DNA of 59,368 nucleotides from Macrostomum lignano (taxonomy: Eukaryota). The stretch covers positions 1 to 59,368 of the forward strand of contig NIVC01002914.1 of NCBI GenBank assembly GCA_002269645.1, in the 5' to 3' direction. Numbering within the stretch: position 1 is the stretch's first letter; the number at the start of each line of letters is the position of its first letter. Below, in pieces: positions 34,725-48,243 of this stretch. The translations under genes and the position numbers were made by a program. The notes beneath the pieces are model-generated. The model was not told where the DNA came from and did no database searches. It saw only the letters and a program-made list of their open reading frames with translations.

Positions 34725-37700
34725 AAAAAGAAAAAATCTGCGTATTCGCTAAATTTGCTTGCATCTTATCCACTGCCCCTCCAGTTTTATTTCACTGCAC
34801 CCCCTGCTGGATTGTGGAGGCGGGGGCACATTTGGCTTGTGAGCGCGAATAACAAGATCTTAAACTTTTACACCGTGCTTAAAGCGAAATGTGCTGCCAG
34901 CTCCATAGGTCATCTCGAGCCCGAACTCCATGTGGCACTTATTTATACTTAATCTCTAATCCAAATATGCTAAATCTCTAAGGTTTGTTCGCTTGCTTGC
35001 TTGCTTGTCCATAAAGCTCTAGAGCTCACTGTCCTTGACCGATTTTCTTAAAATCCAAATATACTAAATCTCTAATATTTGTATGTTTGTCCATAGTCTA
35101 AATATACTAAATCTCTAAGATTTGTATGTTTGCTTGTCCATGGCGCTCTAGTCTAAATATACTAAATCTCTAATAATATGCTAAAATTACTATATCTGCA
35201 TGTACTAATGAGGTAGAACTACTAGATTGCATAATCACTGTTTAAACTGCGCACAGAATAGCTTGCGCAAAAAAGTTCAAATTTAATTTCAATACACGAC
35301 CCCATCTCTGTTTGTGATCCCTCTCTACTACATCTTTGTCTCTCCTTCTGATAGTTTAAATCAAAGCGACTTCTTTTCCAGCTTTGCATAACACTATCAT
35401 AAATTAGCTACTCCAGCAATAGCATATTGTCAGGCAAGGTAACAAAAATTTATCACTTTTTTAGGATGAATGCATTGACAGCTTGATTGGTTAGCCAACT
35501 GTCTCAGGGTTCTTATTAAATCAAGACAGGAAGCAAATACTCTCCACCCAGTTACCACGAATAGATCGTATAGTAACAAAAACAGCTGTACTTAACTTGT
35601 TATCTCTTATAGGTTCTGAAATTCATCGCTTATAGGCTACATGCAACGGCCGTGCATTTTTAAAATACCAAGCCATAAATCTTAAACGGAACGAGGGGCG
35701 CACTCAAAAAATTTTAGGGGGGGGGGTGTTACGGAGAGAGGTGGCACTGGCAAGAGGGGGCAGACCCCGGAATTTTCCTCCCTTGACCCCTCCCCCTCTG
35801 GGTGCAACCCCTGAACTGCATGGACTCGAGTCGAGCTTAAAAAAACTGTTTGTATATATAACTGTGAGTTCCAATTAATGTACTGAGTTCAAAAGGAGGG
35901 CACAAAAAAGATTTGGATAGTAACGGATTTTTTACGAGGGGCCGGCGTTAGAGATATAGCTATCAAATATTTCAAAATAGCTGCGGGTATTCAATATAGT
36001 GTGATCAGATTGAATTCAATTAAATTCTGAGCAACGTACGAGCGTATGTGGGCGTGGCATCTACATTGCAGTTGGTGTTCACATGTGTAATAGTGCAACC
36101 AAGCGAGGTCCCTGGAGCGAAAACCTGGATCTGCCAAGTACAGCATGAGCATGAGGTCATGACCTCAGAAGTACATGCAAACTTTGATGGGACTAAAAGA
36201 AGTCTATCTAAAATAAAAAATGATTGTGCCATTGGTCCGATCTTATGGTATTTTGCATATTTCGCATGTCCGATACTAGCTACAACTGTACTAACAGATG
36301 AATGCAAGCATTTTGCAAAAGTATGCAACCATTGTTTTCTAACAATTTGTTCGCAAATCTCCCTTCGATCTGCCCTATCCACTGATATCTTCAAGTTTGC
36401 AGATTTTTCACCTAATTCAAGCATCTCCACCGCATGGACTCCCGAAATATAAACGGAGCGCATCACACCGCAATACTTATTTGCGAGCGGCAAGGCTCAG
36501 ACCACAGTTTGCAGTGCTTTAAAAACGGCTTTTTGATTTCGCAAATATTTCCTTTTTGCATAACGCTGAATGTGATTTCAGCTGCAAAAATTTGACTGCT
36601 ATTGATAATTCCTGATCGGCTAGAAAAAACGTCACAGATAGATTGGAAAACGTGTACATGTACATGTACCTTGCACTCATATGCACATACGTGCATCTCT
36701 GTATTAAATTTATTACATTAAATGTATCAAGAAGTTTGGTATATTTTGAAGAGATGTCAGAATTGTCAAAATCAGTATTTATCGATCAGTACCCTTTGAA
36801 AAAATGCATGTACATGTAGCTCACACTGTACCTGTGCAAAGTTGCCGCAGTGCGCGAGAGTAAAGGATATTTGCATTTAAAAATCGGAGGCAAAAGATCA
36901 AATGTGTGAAAAATTCTGTAATTTATTATAGTGCCTGAAATTCAGAAATGAATTAAAAGCGAGAGAGTGAGTGAGTGAGTGAGTAAGAGAGTGAGAGTGA
37001 GAGAGTGTGTCAGTGTGGGAGTGGGTGTGAAATGAGTGAGACAGAGAGAGTGAGAGTGAGAGAGATCGAGATCTCTTAACCCCTCTCCATATATTCTCTC
37101 ATTACATGTGCATGTAAATTTACTCTCATCCCCTCCCTTTGCTTTCTCCGAAATTCCCGGCTTTGAGTACACAATAAAATACACACAGTGCTCGTGCTCG
37201 TACATTTCCAGACATGTAACATATCATAGGCATTGGGCCTAAGATGCGCTTTTTCTGTTATGTGAGTGAACGATAGTTGTTAACTTGCTTTCGTCAAAAT
37301 ACATGTAAACCTTCGTCAAAATGAATGACACCTCTAAATCCACATACCATAGCACATATCAAGACGCTTAGATTTGTTTGTCCGTAATGCACTACGCACC
37401 CAGACGCCGAATATACGAATGTGCGAGCTCGTAAAAAACTTTTCAAATTACAGCAACCTGCAATTGCATTTTGAGAGGCGCTTTTTTGAAAGTGAAGTTA
37501 AATCTAATTACTCAAGCTTTTGCTCTCAAAAGCATTATTCATGCTCATCTACTGCTAAAAGTAACAAATTGTGGTTTTGTTAAAGATATTGTTAAAATTG
37601 CCTGGTTGACTTGCAATCGTTTTGGGCCACTTATTCGTGACCAATCTTGGGACGCTTCCTCCTCATCTAACTCCACAACCCATCACAACCAATAGCAATG

Positions 37701-39474
37701 CTGGAAGATTAGTAGCTCCCCCTCAATTCCAGTAGCCAGTAAGAGCTGTGGCGGTCTTGGTGTGTGGCGGTCTTGGTCATGCGCCATTAGAAATATCTCC
37801 AAAATTTTATTCATCATTTAGTTTTTCAATTAAAATTTTTATTTAGAAGTTATTTTTAATTTATATATAAAAATTTTATAGACCTAGATAGCAGCATGTG
37901 GCATAAATTGCCTGCATCATGGTGATCAAATGATACATTTTTATTTTCAATTGCAAGAAAATATATTCAGTATGCCCTAAGTGTAATAAGAACATTGTAG
38001 CAAAACAAATGATAAATAGAAAAAAATTCTAAATATAAAAGCATAACAATTAGGAGTTTGTCTAAGGCCTAATTATAAATAGATGCTTTTAGATGGAAGA
38101 ACAGGTTATAAAAAAAACAAAGGCTAGCGATAGCGATTCATTCAATAGCTACATTGCTAAATGTTTAGCTGCCTATAGGGCAAGAAAACAAAGTCAAAGC
38201 TAAAACTGGGGCTTAGCTAAAAGCTGATAAAGCTAGGCCTACCTTTCTCATAGTTACAGGCACAGACAGTTAGCGTCCAATAACTAATCCATCCATACAA
38301 TCCATTCGTGAATAAATTATGTTTTCATACTAAACTGAAAGTGAACACGTGTTGAACTTGTTTATTACAACGTTATAACAATTTAACTTTCCAGCAGGTT
38401 TCAGCAGGCGTTTTCAACACATAATTTTATTAGATTTTAGTTGCGTAACAGGTGGCTTTACTAAACAATACTTTGACATCTATTCCAATTCACACTAGTG
38501 AAAAGGATGCCTAAATAATAGCATCATGCATAGTTTGCCGTAACTATACATCGAATGTCAAACTGGCCATGTTATTCAATTGTCGCATGCGTATAACTAT
38601 AAGAATGTTGTAGATTCTGAGTATGCAAAGTATGATTAAATGGAGCACTGGGCTTCCTTAACGGGTCCGAGGCTCCGTAATTCAACTTAAACTACCCCAC
38701 ATGTATAAATTTGTACATACATGTACGTTGTACCTGTACAGTTACATGGAACTATATATGTACTGTATTTATTTATTTGTGTTAAATTTACACATGTACA
38801 TGTAAGACATGAGATCCTTAGAATAACATAAGCAACGTGATTTTAAATTTATTGGCAGGTGAGAATAAATTTTATTTATACAGTAAATTTCACTGCTAAA
38901 CCAGCAGCAGCTGAAGCTTAATTCCTCTCATTTTGTCGAATTCGCAAAAAATCTTGACTCAAATGCAAAGTGAATCTAATCGATTGTCCTAAATAGCAAC
39001 ATTTTCTGTACGATTATTACCCAGCAACAAACAACTTAACGGTGACATGTTTTTGGTAATGCTCTCTGTTTGCCTGCTGCTTCTACATATTGTACATTGC
39101 ACATGTAACTTGTTATCGGAAGCCAATGTAATTAAACGATCACACTGAGACAGCTGTAATATGCAGCATATGAACTCTGTGATATTTTCTCGTTACATGT
39201 TGTCGGTTTCCCAGGTAACAATACTCGCTATATGGACCGACAGAACTCAACGTGTCCATCGATTTAGCTACGACCGACGTTCCCGACGTCGATCTACGTC
39301 CCTGAAAGTAAGTAATTTTACTTTTAGATTTACATCGACGGCTAACTATACTTGGCTGAAGTCGGTGAATGTAAAACTATTACATAGTTTTCACTGCGAC
39401 GTCTGTGCTTTACACTGCATCAACAACGTATAACGACGCCCTACATAGGTGAACGTCGGTGCATGTAATGTATC

Positions 39475-39845
39475 CAAGCGCGTCGCCACCGGGGATGGGG
39501 GGACATGCCATGCTTGTCCCCCCACCCCACCTTGTGCAGACTCGTTGTGGTAAATCAATAGTTTTTATTCAGGGCGCCAAAATATAGAGCTTACGGCGCT
39601 AAAATGAGTGCCTGGGGCGCCAAAATGAGTGCCTGCGGCGCCAAAAGTAATGCCTGGGGCGCCAAAAGGAGTGCCTGCGGCGCCACAAGTAATGCCTGCG
39701 ACGGCAAAATGAGTATGCAGCGCCAAAATGAGGGTTGACAACACGATTCTCAAAATAATTGAAATGTAGGAATTTATTCATGCACATGTACATGTTGAAT
39801 TCTTGGCTTTGTCCCCCCACCATAAAATCTATGGTGACGCCCCTG
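39475..39845. mobile_element. hAT-type MITE, short copy of the 23108-23870 family
   Basis: Perfect TSD AATGTATC (39467-39474, 39846-39853), a shared 3' end TCTTGGCTTTGTCCCCCCACCATA...GACGCCCCTG, and only about 6 of the 21-bp units. Confidence 0.88.
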
Positions 39846-40702
39846 AATGTATCAGTATATACACGTAATTGTCATTGACGTCGACAGACGTTAGGATCGA
39901 ACGTCGGATTGCTGAACGGGTAATTTGCTAAGTGAGGTTTAATTAGACCGTCAATACATGTAAAAGCATGAAATATCTATTAATGCAAAGATTAAACTCT
40001 AATAATAGAATATTTTTTCAAGCGTGCTTTTAGATGTATAAAAGTAAGAATAAAATTAATCTTTTTAAATTTCGTTTTTAATTAATCTATTGAATAAGCC
40101 CGCTATTGATTTTATGTGTGTGCTAAACCAGCCATTTGAGGCAACTTGTGTTAGAATGTTTCGAATGTATCGAACAATTTAGTAAGTATACCGTACATAT
40201 TACTTTTTGTTAACCTGCATTTCCCAGAGCAGTTATTGCATTTGGCAATTGGCATTGCATTCGTGTCCAATCTGATTTGCTACGGCACAAATTAATGGCA
40301 GTTTCTTTCTAAACGCGCGGTCTTTACAGAAACTGACTCGAACGCCAGCATTTTATAGCTCACGTATAGTTAGCTTGATGAAAATCGAAACTATATTATA
40401 GCTATAGCTTACCCTGTCAATGTATATTTAACAATACTCACACGACAACCGACAAGTATGTAATGAATCTTTAAACAATGGGGAAGTGCACATGCAGACG
40501 AATGCTATATTATTAACAAATGACTTCGGGTAGGACAAATAAAAAATATACTTCCAAGGCAGTTGACACCATTCACTTGTAGTTACAAAAGTGATCAGAT
40601 TTCAGGGGCTTCAATTCGGCGATTTTATCTGGATAAAAACTAACAAGTATAAAAAATGTGCTGATAAATTGTTGCATAAACTGTAAGGGAAATATTGAAA
40701 GA

Positions 40703-41284
40703 TTCTAAACGTCTCATATAAAATACATTTTTATTTTAAATTGTCAATCGATATGGCCAAGTGAATCTGTGAATGAAGCAACATAAAAAAGGATAAAAAA
40801 CACATGCATTATGTATGTAGCTAATTGAATTTTTAACTCAACTCAAGAGAGCGCCATCAATGTGAGAACGTATTTGATTGCGAATCATTAATAGTGACCA
40901 ATAACTGAACGCTATATTATCATTTCGGCACTGCAGCAACTAAGAACAGACATTATTTTGTACTTTACATCCAAACCAGAGGTAAAAGCATCACAAAGCA
41001 TCCCCAGGATAAAAACTTTTTGGGGCAGACAAGCAAGTAAAATTAGCAGAATTAATTACGTTTTACCTGTAAAACTTCTTAACCTATTATTATCATCTAT
41101 TATCTCTGAATGTTACAACTTTCACTCTCTTATACAGTATATTAACACATTCTCGGAATTTGCTGCAGCAGCACTTGTTGTTGCATTTCCATAGTAAATA
41201 TTTGGTAGCAAACACTCGGTTCGCAAGTGGCTACGCTCTCCCTCTACACACATGCCGACTAAAAACGCCCTCTATAAAGCCCTA
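40703..41284. repeat. Dispersed ~580-bp repeat, second copy of 20738-21325
   Basis: Colinear high similarity ending at CTATAAAGCCCT. It stops about 10 bp from the peflin-like stop codon. Confidence 0.9.
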
Positions 41285-41293
41285 AGCACGGAC

Positions 41294-41653
41294 TTAACTG
41301 TCGCGTAGTCGCTTGAGCAGATAGTTCTCAATGTCATTTGGTCGGCCAGTGTAGCCATTCGCTAGACGACTCAAGCCAGCGTTCAAGGCGATGAACTGGT
41401 CCAGACTGAGGCAGTGCTGACCACTGACGCGCCTGCCAAACCGGCGGAGCATCTGCTCGCAGAAGCCGCGCGAGAATCGCAACGGAGCGTGCACTGTGTT
41501 GAGCGAGTCGAGCAACTCGTCCAGCTCGATGGTGCCGCTGTTGTCGGCGTCGTGGCGTAGGAAAATTTCACGCCACCTTCGAACATAATGATAGAGCTGG
41601 ACAAATTCGGAGAGTTCGATTTCGCCGTTGGCATTGTCGTCGAACATGTTTAC
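41294..41653 (-). CDS. PEF1: Peflin-like penta-EF-hand protein, last exon (EF2-EF4, divergent EF5)
   Basis: Phase-0 acceptor. VNMFDDNANGEIELSEF...WREIFLRHDADNSGTIELDEL and LSLDQFI follow the PEF family pattern. Confidence 0.75.
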   Translation of the reverse strand, partial: VNMFDDNANGEIELSEFVQLYHYVRRWREIFLRHDADNSGTIELDELLDSLNTVHAPLRFSRGFCEQMLRRFGRRVSGQHCLSLDQFIALNAGLSRLANGYTGRPNDIENYLLKRLRDS

Positions 41654-42548
41654 CTGAGGGATTGAATGAGAGGGCTTCAGTTGAAACTTTTTTCTTGTGT
41701 TTTAAGTTTCGGTAGATTAGTTTGTTATTAGCAATATCGTTACAGGTAGTTTTTTTCCTAGTGAGCACGTTGAGGCGGTGCTCCGAATCAAGATGACAGT
41801 GGGTCAGTAACCATGTAGTGAGTTTCTCATCGTCTGATATGTAAAAATGTACATGTACACCCGTGCCTTGCGGGTTGGCCCTCATGGGGCGAGAATAGCA
41901 CACGCTCCAGGACAACTTTCAGGTGCGTCAATTATCCCTGAAGTATACTGTCCGAAACTGCAATAGCTATTTTGGCATTTTAGTGAAGTATACTGAAGAT
42001 TTAATGTCTTTTAATAGACCTAATTGATCCCAATAGTAAGTCCAGTACCATCTACGGCTCATTCAAATCCGGCGGTAAACATATGTGACTCTCGCAACTG
42101 TGCGCGCTTGACGAACGAAAATTTGTGCCATTCGCGCCCATGAGGATCGACCAAACCCATATTTGAAGCACATAGTGTGGCAAATTGACTGAAAATCAGA
42201 AGGTCGGCTTCTGTACAACCTGCGTGAGCGCGTGCCTGCCCCTCATCCATTACGAGTAGTACAACGGACATCTGCACTTGCTAGCCTCCTCGCTATCAGC
42301 TGTCGCATGTGATTTGCGATAATGCCAAAAAACTAATTTTCTGATATTCTGATATGATATTCTGAGAATGGTGACAAATTCCTCCGTTGAGTCCGGTTGA
42401 AAAATCATCCTTAATTACCTCTTGTTAAAGTCGCCTAACGTTTTCAAGACTGTTACCCATTATCAACCCTCAATAACCGCTAAGATGCCGATCCAAGTCA
42501 TAAAACCTTATTAGTGCAATATGATTAATCGGCTAGAATCGAGCTTAC

Positions 42549-42995
42549 CAGAGTCTTACAAGTCTTAGAACTGAACGGTTGATAGTTTTCATCTAGCAGA
42601 GCCTGCTGCAATTCTTCGGCAGTAATGTGCCCATTGCCGTCCTCGTCTACGGCGTAGAACCAGACGCTGATGTCGTCGTCTGATGACTGATGCTGCTGTG
42701 GCTGATAGGGCGGCTGCTGTGGCTGATAGGGCTGCATCTGTGGCTGCATATACTGCTGAGGGGCCTGTGGGTTCGGCTGAGGCTGATATGGGTACTGCGG
42801 ATGTTGCTGTGGATACGGCTGTGGCTGCTGGTACAGCTGCTGGTACAGCTGCGACGCTGACGGAGGCGGCGCAGAAGGCGGAGCGCCCCAAACGCCACTA
42901 GTAGCCTCCATGTAGGACGGCGGCTGCTCCGGGAACGGCCCGGTTGGTTGCGGCGCCGGCGGCCCAGGCGGCTGCGGTCCCTGATTTTTGCGACC
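42549..42995 (-). CDS. PEF1: Peflin-like penta-EF-hand protein, exon 2 (P/Q/Y-rich N-terminus + EF1)
   Basis: CTCAG acceptor and GTAAGC donor, both phase 0. A long P/Q/Y-rich tract precedes WFYAVDEDGNGHITAEELQQAL...FSSKTC, like peflin [22 protein letters not shown]...FNDETC. Confidence 0.8.
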
Positions 42996-43334
42996 CTGAG
43001 ACTGACGGATGAGTATTTGCTAGTGTAAGTGTTTTTTTTAAAGCAACGAGTAATCAACAGATTTTGAGTCCAGCTGGAGCTTTTTGTCGTGTCCGATTTC
43101 ACAACCATGCGGCCTAACCTACAATATCACTGCGTGTGTGCACTGTATATTTAGAAAGTCAGGGCTTCTGTATACTCGTACTGGCACTGTGACCTCTGTG
43201 ACATCATCCCTGTGTGAGTGCGTTTTCAGACAAGACTAAGGTGTACTTCACAACTAATTTGTAGTTAGGCCGCCTCTCAATAGGAAAAGAAACAATTTTC
43301 ACATGGGACACAGGAAGTTTATCGACAGGCTTAC

Positions 43335-43337
43335 CAT
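43335..43337 (-). CDS. PEF1: Probable ATG-only first coding exon of the peflin-like gene
   Basis: ATG|GTAAGC is a consensus donor in phase 0, giving the N-terminus MGRKNQGPQPP. Confidence 0.5.
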
Positions 43338-44127
43338 ATAGTTAGTCAGTAGTGTTTTCCTGTTGAATTTATTGTCGAAAATTGAAGCCCGTTGAAGGAA
43401 TTGTTATCGGTACGCGCTCTATTTACCGTATTAGCGCAGAGTGTAGGGTTATATTGCAGATCTAGATTTCTGAGTTCGTTTACGCTGAGTGGAGGAGCGA
43501 AACTGAGAGAAAGAAAACCTGAGTACAACTGCTCGAATGACGTGGGCAAGTTGGTCTGTTGTTTAGCGCCAGAAAACTTTCCATGACAAATTTCAGTGAC
43601 GAAAGGCCGCGCAGTCCATGTACGTACTGTGCTCAAATTCGAATCTCGGTTCGACTTGGCCAGGTAACTCTCGTCTCTTTCTCTCTCTGTCTCTCTAGCT
43701 GTTTCATCTGTTTTTCATTTACTTCTTTCTCGCCTCAAACTGCTGCAGACACCATATATTCTTCTCTATCCCTGACGAATGCTCGTACGCATTCTAATTT
43801 CTAAAATCTTCAGGTTACGTCTTCTATAGCTATTCGTAAATATTCTCTTTGCTCTGTGGCACTACCATTCCCTTGTAAGCCTAATTTAGCAAGCGATGAG
43901 ATGGCTCATAAAATCTAGACCAACTGCAGCTTTAGTGGATACGAGTTATCTTTGACTGGTATTAGAGTAGTGTTCTCTTCTTGCGCCCTAAAGTGGCAGT
44001 TTTTGGTATAATGAGTTTCAAAATTAAAAGTTGGCTCTGTTAATGGCTACGTGCACTGCACTTTCATAACAAAATGGGTCATCAATACCGCTCATCCAAC
44101 TCCAAGATATTTGGAATTTCTATTGGA

Positions 44128-44275
44128 GGGGCCGAATATAGGTCTAGCGCAGGCTCTGATGTGCCAGCGGCCCAAGGCTCGATTCCAAGTGCGTCACATA
44201 AATTTTGGGGCCATAAATTGGAGTCTCAACCCGCGCAATTAACGGTCGTGTGGGCCAACCCCTGAGCCTATTGCA
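44128..44275 (+). mobile_element. tRNA-derived SINE, family B (copy 2)
   Basis: GGTCTAGCGCAGGCTCTGATGTGCCAGCGGCCCAAGGCTCGATTCC matches the reverse complement of 27721-27893. Confidence 0.7.
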
Positions 44276-44924
44276 CAGGATCGAAATTATGCCATAAAAA
44301 TTAGCGGAATGTTTTAAATTTTAACCAAAATTGATGATAGGCAAAGGTTGAAGACGACGGCAAAGTCATACACACGTGTGTTTTATTTATGTATTATTGC
44401 ATTCGCTACTAATAAACCCTACGCGAAGGAATTGCTATTGAATTATAATTACATTTATAATTAATAGCTATATATAGTCCATCAAAATTGAATGACAGCC
44501 AAGTGAGCGATAGACGTGACATGACAGGTAAATAAATAGACACATATAAGCAGGTTAAAATACATGTACAGCGACGATACGAATATGTAACAATACGAGT
44601 ATAGTGAGCATGTGTAGAGTAGCTGAATTGTTTATTCATTGCACATTTTGAGTTTCATTGAATTTTAAAATATTATTGATAAATGAAATCATCAAGGAAT
44701 GTAGATGCATATAGAAGATTGCAACACTTCAATAAAAATTCGTCTAAATTTGTTTAAACGCCTCGTTTTGATGTTTCACAATCCAAGCCTTACCGAAATA
44801 GGAAGTTTCCAGTTTTTCTTGGAAACAAGTTGGTTTCTAGGAAAATGTAAACTCCATCGCGTCAATGCATTTCCAATAAATTTTCAAGCATTACATCCTC
44901 ATTTCAATGATCCATAAGCAGAAC

Positions 44925-45266
44925 TCAGTCGATATCTTCGTCAATGTCTGGAATGTCGTCAATATCCGCCATGGTCACAGTCAAACTGGGCCCTCCATTG
45001 CTCTGCAACGAGCCGTTGAAATTGTTATTATTGCTCTTGTTGTTATTGTTGTTATGATTGACAGCTTGAACTGTCTGGTTTTGCAGCGGCTCTGAGGATT
45101 TAACTGGCAACGTGGAGAAGTTGTTAGTTGCTGGGCGGATGTCGTATTGTTGCGCTTGGAATTTGCTGAGTTTCGACAAGGCCAACGCTGTGGCCGTTGA
45201 TGATGGAGGCGGCGGAGGCGGGGGCGGCGGCATCGGCGGCTTCGGGGGCGGCGACGGCGACTCAGA
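44925..45266 (-). CDS. Large low-complexity protein of unknown function, last exon
   Basis: Phase-0 CTCCAG acceptor. Encodes poly-Pro, an Asn-rich tract and an acidic end DIDDIPDIDEDID*. Confidence 0.7.
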   Translation of the reverse strand, partial: SESPSPPPKPPMPPPPPPPPPSSTATALALSKLSKFQAQQYDIRPATNNFSTLPVKSSEPLQNQTVQAVNHNNNNNKSNNNNFNGSLQSNGGPSLTVTMADIDDIPDIDEDID

Positions 45267-45380
45267 CTGGAGTTTTTGAGCAGCAGTGAGGAAGACAGGG
45301 GTTATTTAGCTCATAATTCTGTTCATTTAGGAGACTTCAGATGCAAGAGAAAAGGTAGAAAAAAAGCATAGCAAACCTAC

Positions 45381-45657
45381 TAAAGAGGGGTGAGCCACGT
45401 GTGCGTGCCAGGACTGCGACTGGTTCTGGCTCTTCATCACCATGGCGTACACTGCCTCCTCGTCGATGTCGATCTCGGATGGTTCGGCGTGCGGAGGCGG
45501 AGGCGGTGGCGGCGGTGGAGGCGGCGGTGGCGGTGGCTGCTGTCGCGACTTGTTGGACATCAGCTGGTTGAGCCGCGGTAGGCGGAGGCTGCTGCTTCTG
45601 CTGGGAGGCGGCGGTCTGAGTGACCGCGGCTGCTGGCTGCCTGAGCCTTCTTCGAAT
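45381..45657 (-). CDS. Large low-complexity protein, penultimate exon (long poly-Pro, EEAVYAMV motif)
   Basis: Phase-2 acceptor and phase-0 GTAGGT donor, both consistent with the neighbouring exons. Confidence 0.7.
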
Positions 45658-45679
45658 CTGGCGGCGACAGGGAAGGTGC

Positions 45680-46570
<891 letters not shown>

Positions 46571-46578
46571 ATACTCAC

Positions 46579-46726
46579 TTCAGTTCGAGTGCGGAGTCTT
46601 TGGATACAGTAGACGAAGAGAGCTGCTGCTGCAAAGCGTGCGTTGCTGCAGTTGCTATGGCAACCGGAGCAGAAGCGGCTGCCGTTTGTCCAGTTGAACC
46701 CGAAGAAGAAGAGCCACTCCAGTTGC
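46579..46726 (-). CDS. Large low-complexity protein, internal exon
   Basis: ATACAG acceptor (phase 1) and GTGAGT donor (phase 2). Open Ser/Ala/Gln-rich frame. Confidence 0.7.
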
Positions 46727-47529
46727 CTGTATTGCGGCGAGAAAAAATCCAGTTAAATAGTGTCAATTTTCTAAGCTTGCCTACTTTTAGTAGGTTATTC
46801 GAATATTTTAGATAAAATTTAAGCTTTTTTATGATTTTATTCAAACTAACGTGCTCTCATAATTAGTTCCCTTTTTTCGTATGCATTGTCACGCAAAAAA
46901 TCGAATTTAGAAAGAATGGAATGATCGATTATTGTGTTTCAGTGTCATTCTCTAATACTGAATACAGATACTGTCATTATGCGGTCGGGCAGGTACAGAA
47001 TTACTGAAATCCTCATATACTGGGGTAGACACGAGAGTCTGAGTCACCACCTATGAAAGTCAGGCCATGTATCCTAGCCACAGAAAGCAGCGAGCAGGGA
47101 GCTTGCATTCATCTGGCAGGTAGGGATTATATGAAGAGGTTACGTCATAAAAGATTGTGGTCTGTGAACAGACCGTTCGGTATTGAAGCTACACGCATAG
47201 GAAAATTCATACTTGCAGCCTTGTATAGCGAAAACAGCACGGAACCAACTTCACCTGTCTAAACAAAAGAGAAAAGGCAAAGCATGCCGCTCAGTGCAAT
47301 CAGGGACACGATTCTTTCAAGTATTTTTTTAGTTTTGCCGACAGGGGTATAAAATTCGGTGCTTACAACTACACACGATCCAAAAACTCTCTTTCACGCT
47401 TCCTACTTAGAAATATTGATTTTTTTCTGACCATGTTTGAAAGCAGAAAAATTTGAAGCATAAAAACTCATGGCGCTTAATTTTCAACTTGCATGTGCAT
47501 GCTAAGTGTAAGGGAAGGAAGGGGCAGGA

Positions 47530-48243
47530 GAGACAAGGAGAGACAGGGAGAGACAGGGAGAGACAGGGAGAGAAAGGGAGAGACAGGGAGAGAGACAGGG
47601 AGAGACAGGGAGAGACAAGGAGAGACAGGGAGACACAGGGAGACACAGGGAGAGACAGGGAGAGACAGGGAGAGACAGGGAGAGACAGGGAGAGAAAGGG
47701 AGAGACAGGGAGAGAGACAGGGAGAGACAGGGAGAGACAGGGAGAGACAGGGAGAGACAGGGAGAGACAGGGAGAGACAGGGAGAGACAGGGAGAGACAG
47801 GGAGAGACAGGGAGAGACAGGGAGAGACAAGGAGAGACAGGGAGAGACAGGGAGAGACAGGGAGAGACAGGGAGAGACAGGGAGAGACAGGGAGAGACAA
47901 GGAGAGACAGGGAGAGACAGGGAGAGACAGGGAGAGACAGGGAGAGACAGGGAGAGACAGGGAGAGACAGGGAGACACAGGGAGACACAGGGAGAGACAG
48001 GGAGAGACAGGGAGACACAGGGAGAGAAAGGGAGAGACAGGAAGAGAGACAGGGAGAGACAGGGAGAGACAGGGAGAGACAGGGAGAGACAGGGAGAGAC
48101 AGGGAGAGACAGGGAGAGACAGGGAGAGACAGGGAGAGACAGGGAGAGACAGGGAGAGACAGGGAGAGACAGGGAGAGACAGGGAGAGACAGGGCGAGAG
48201 ACAGGGAGAGACAGGGAGAGACAGGGAGAGACAGGGAGAGACA
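47530..48243. repeat. 10-bp tandem repeat (GGGAGAGACA)n
   Basis: About 70 units, directly visible. Confidence 0.97.

Larger units (their letters stand above)
30143..37785 (+). mobile_element. Mutator-like (MULE) DNA transposon, 7.6 kb, internally deleted, with nested insertions
   Basis: About 40-bp TIR core GG(T/C)G(T/C)A(G/T)GACCAAGACCGCCACACACCAAGACCGCCACA at both ends, a perfect 8-bp TSD ATTAGAAA (30135-30142, 37786-37793), and an internal MULE transposase ORF. Confidence 0.85.

Noticed and set aside
35692-35813. Small GAGGGGCGCAC...GTGCAACCCCTG element as another hAT MITE
   Set aside because: The termini are imperfect and no TSD could be identified.
36020-36493. Overlapping 134-157 aa ORFs inside the MULE as a second transposon gene or captured host gene
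   Set aside because: No recognisable domain in any frame. A profile search would be needed before calling it a Pack-MULE cargo.
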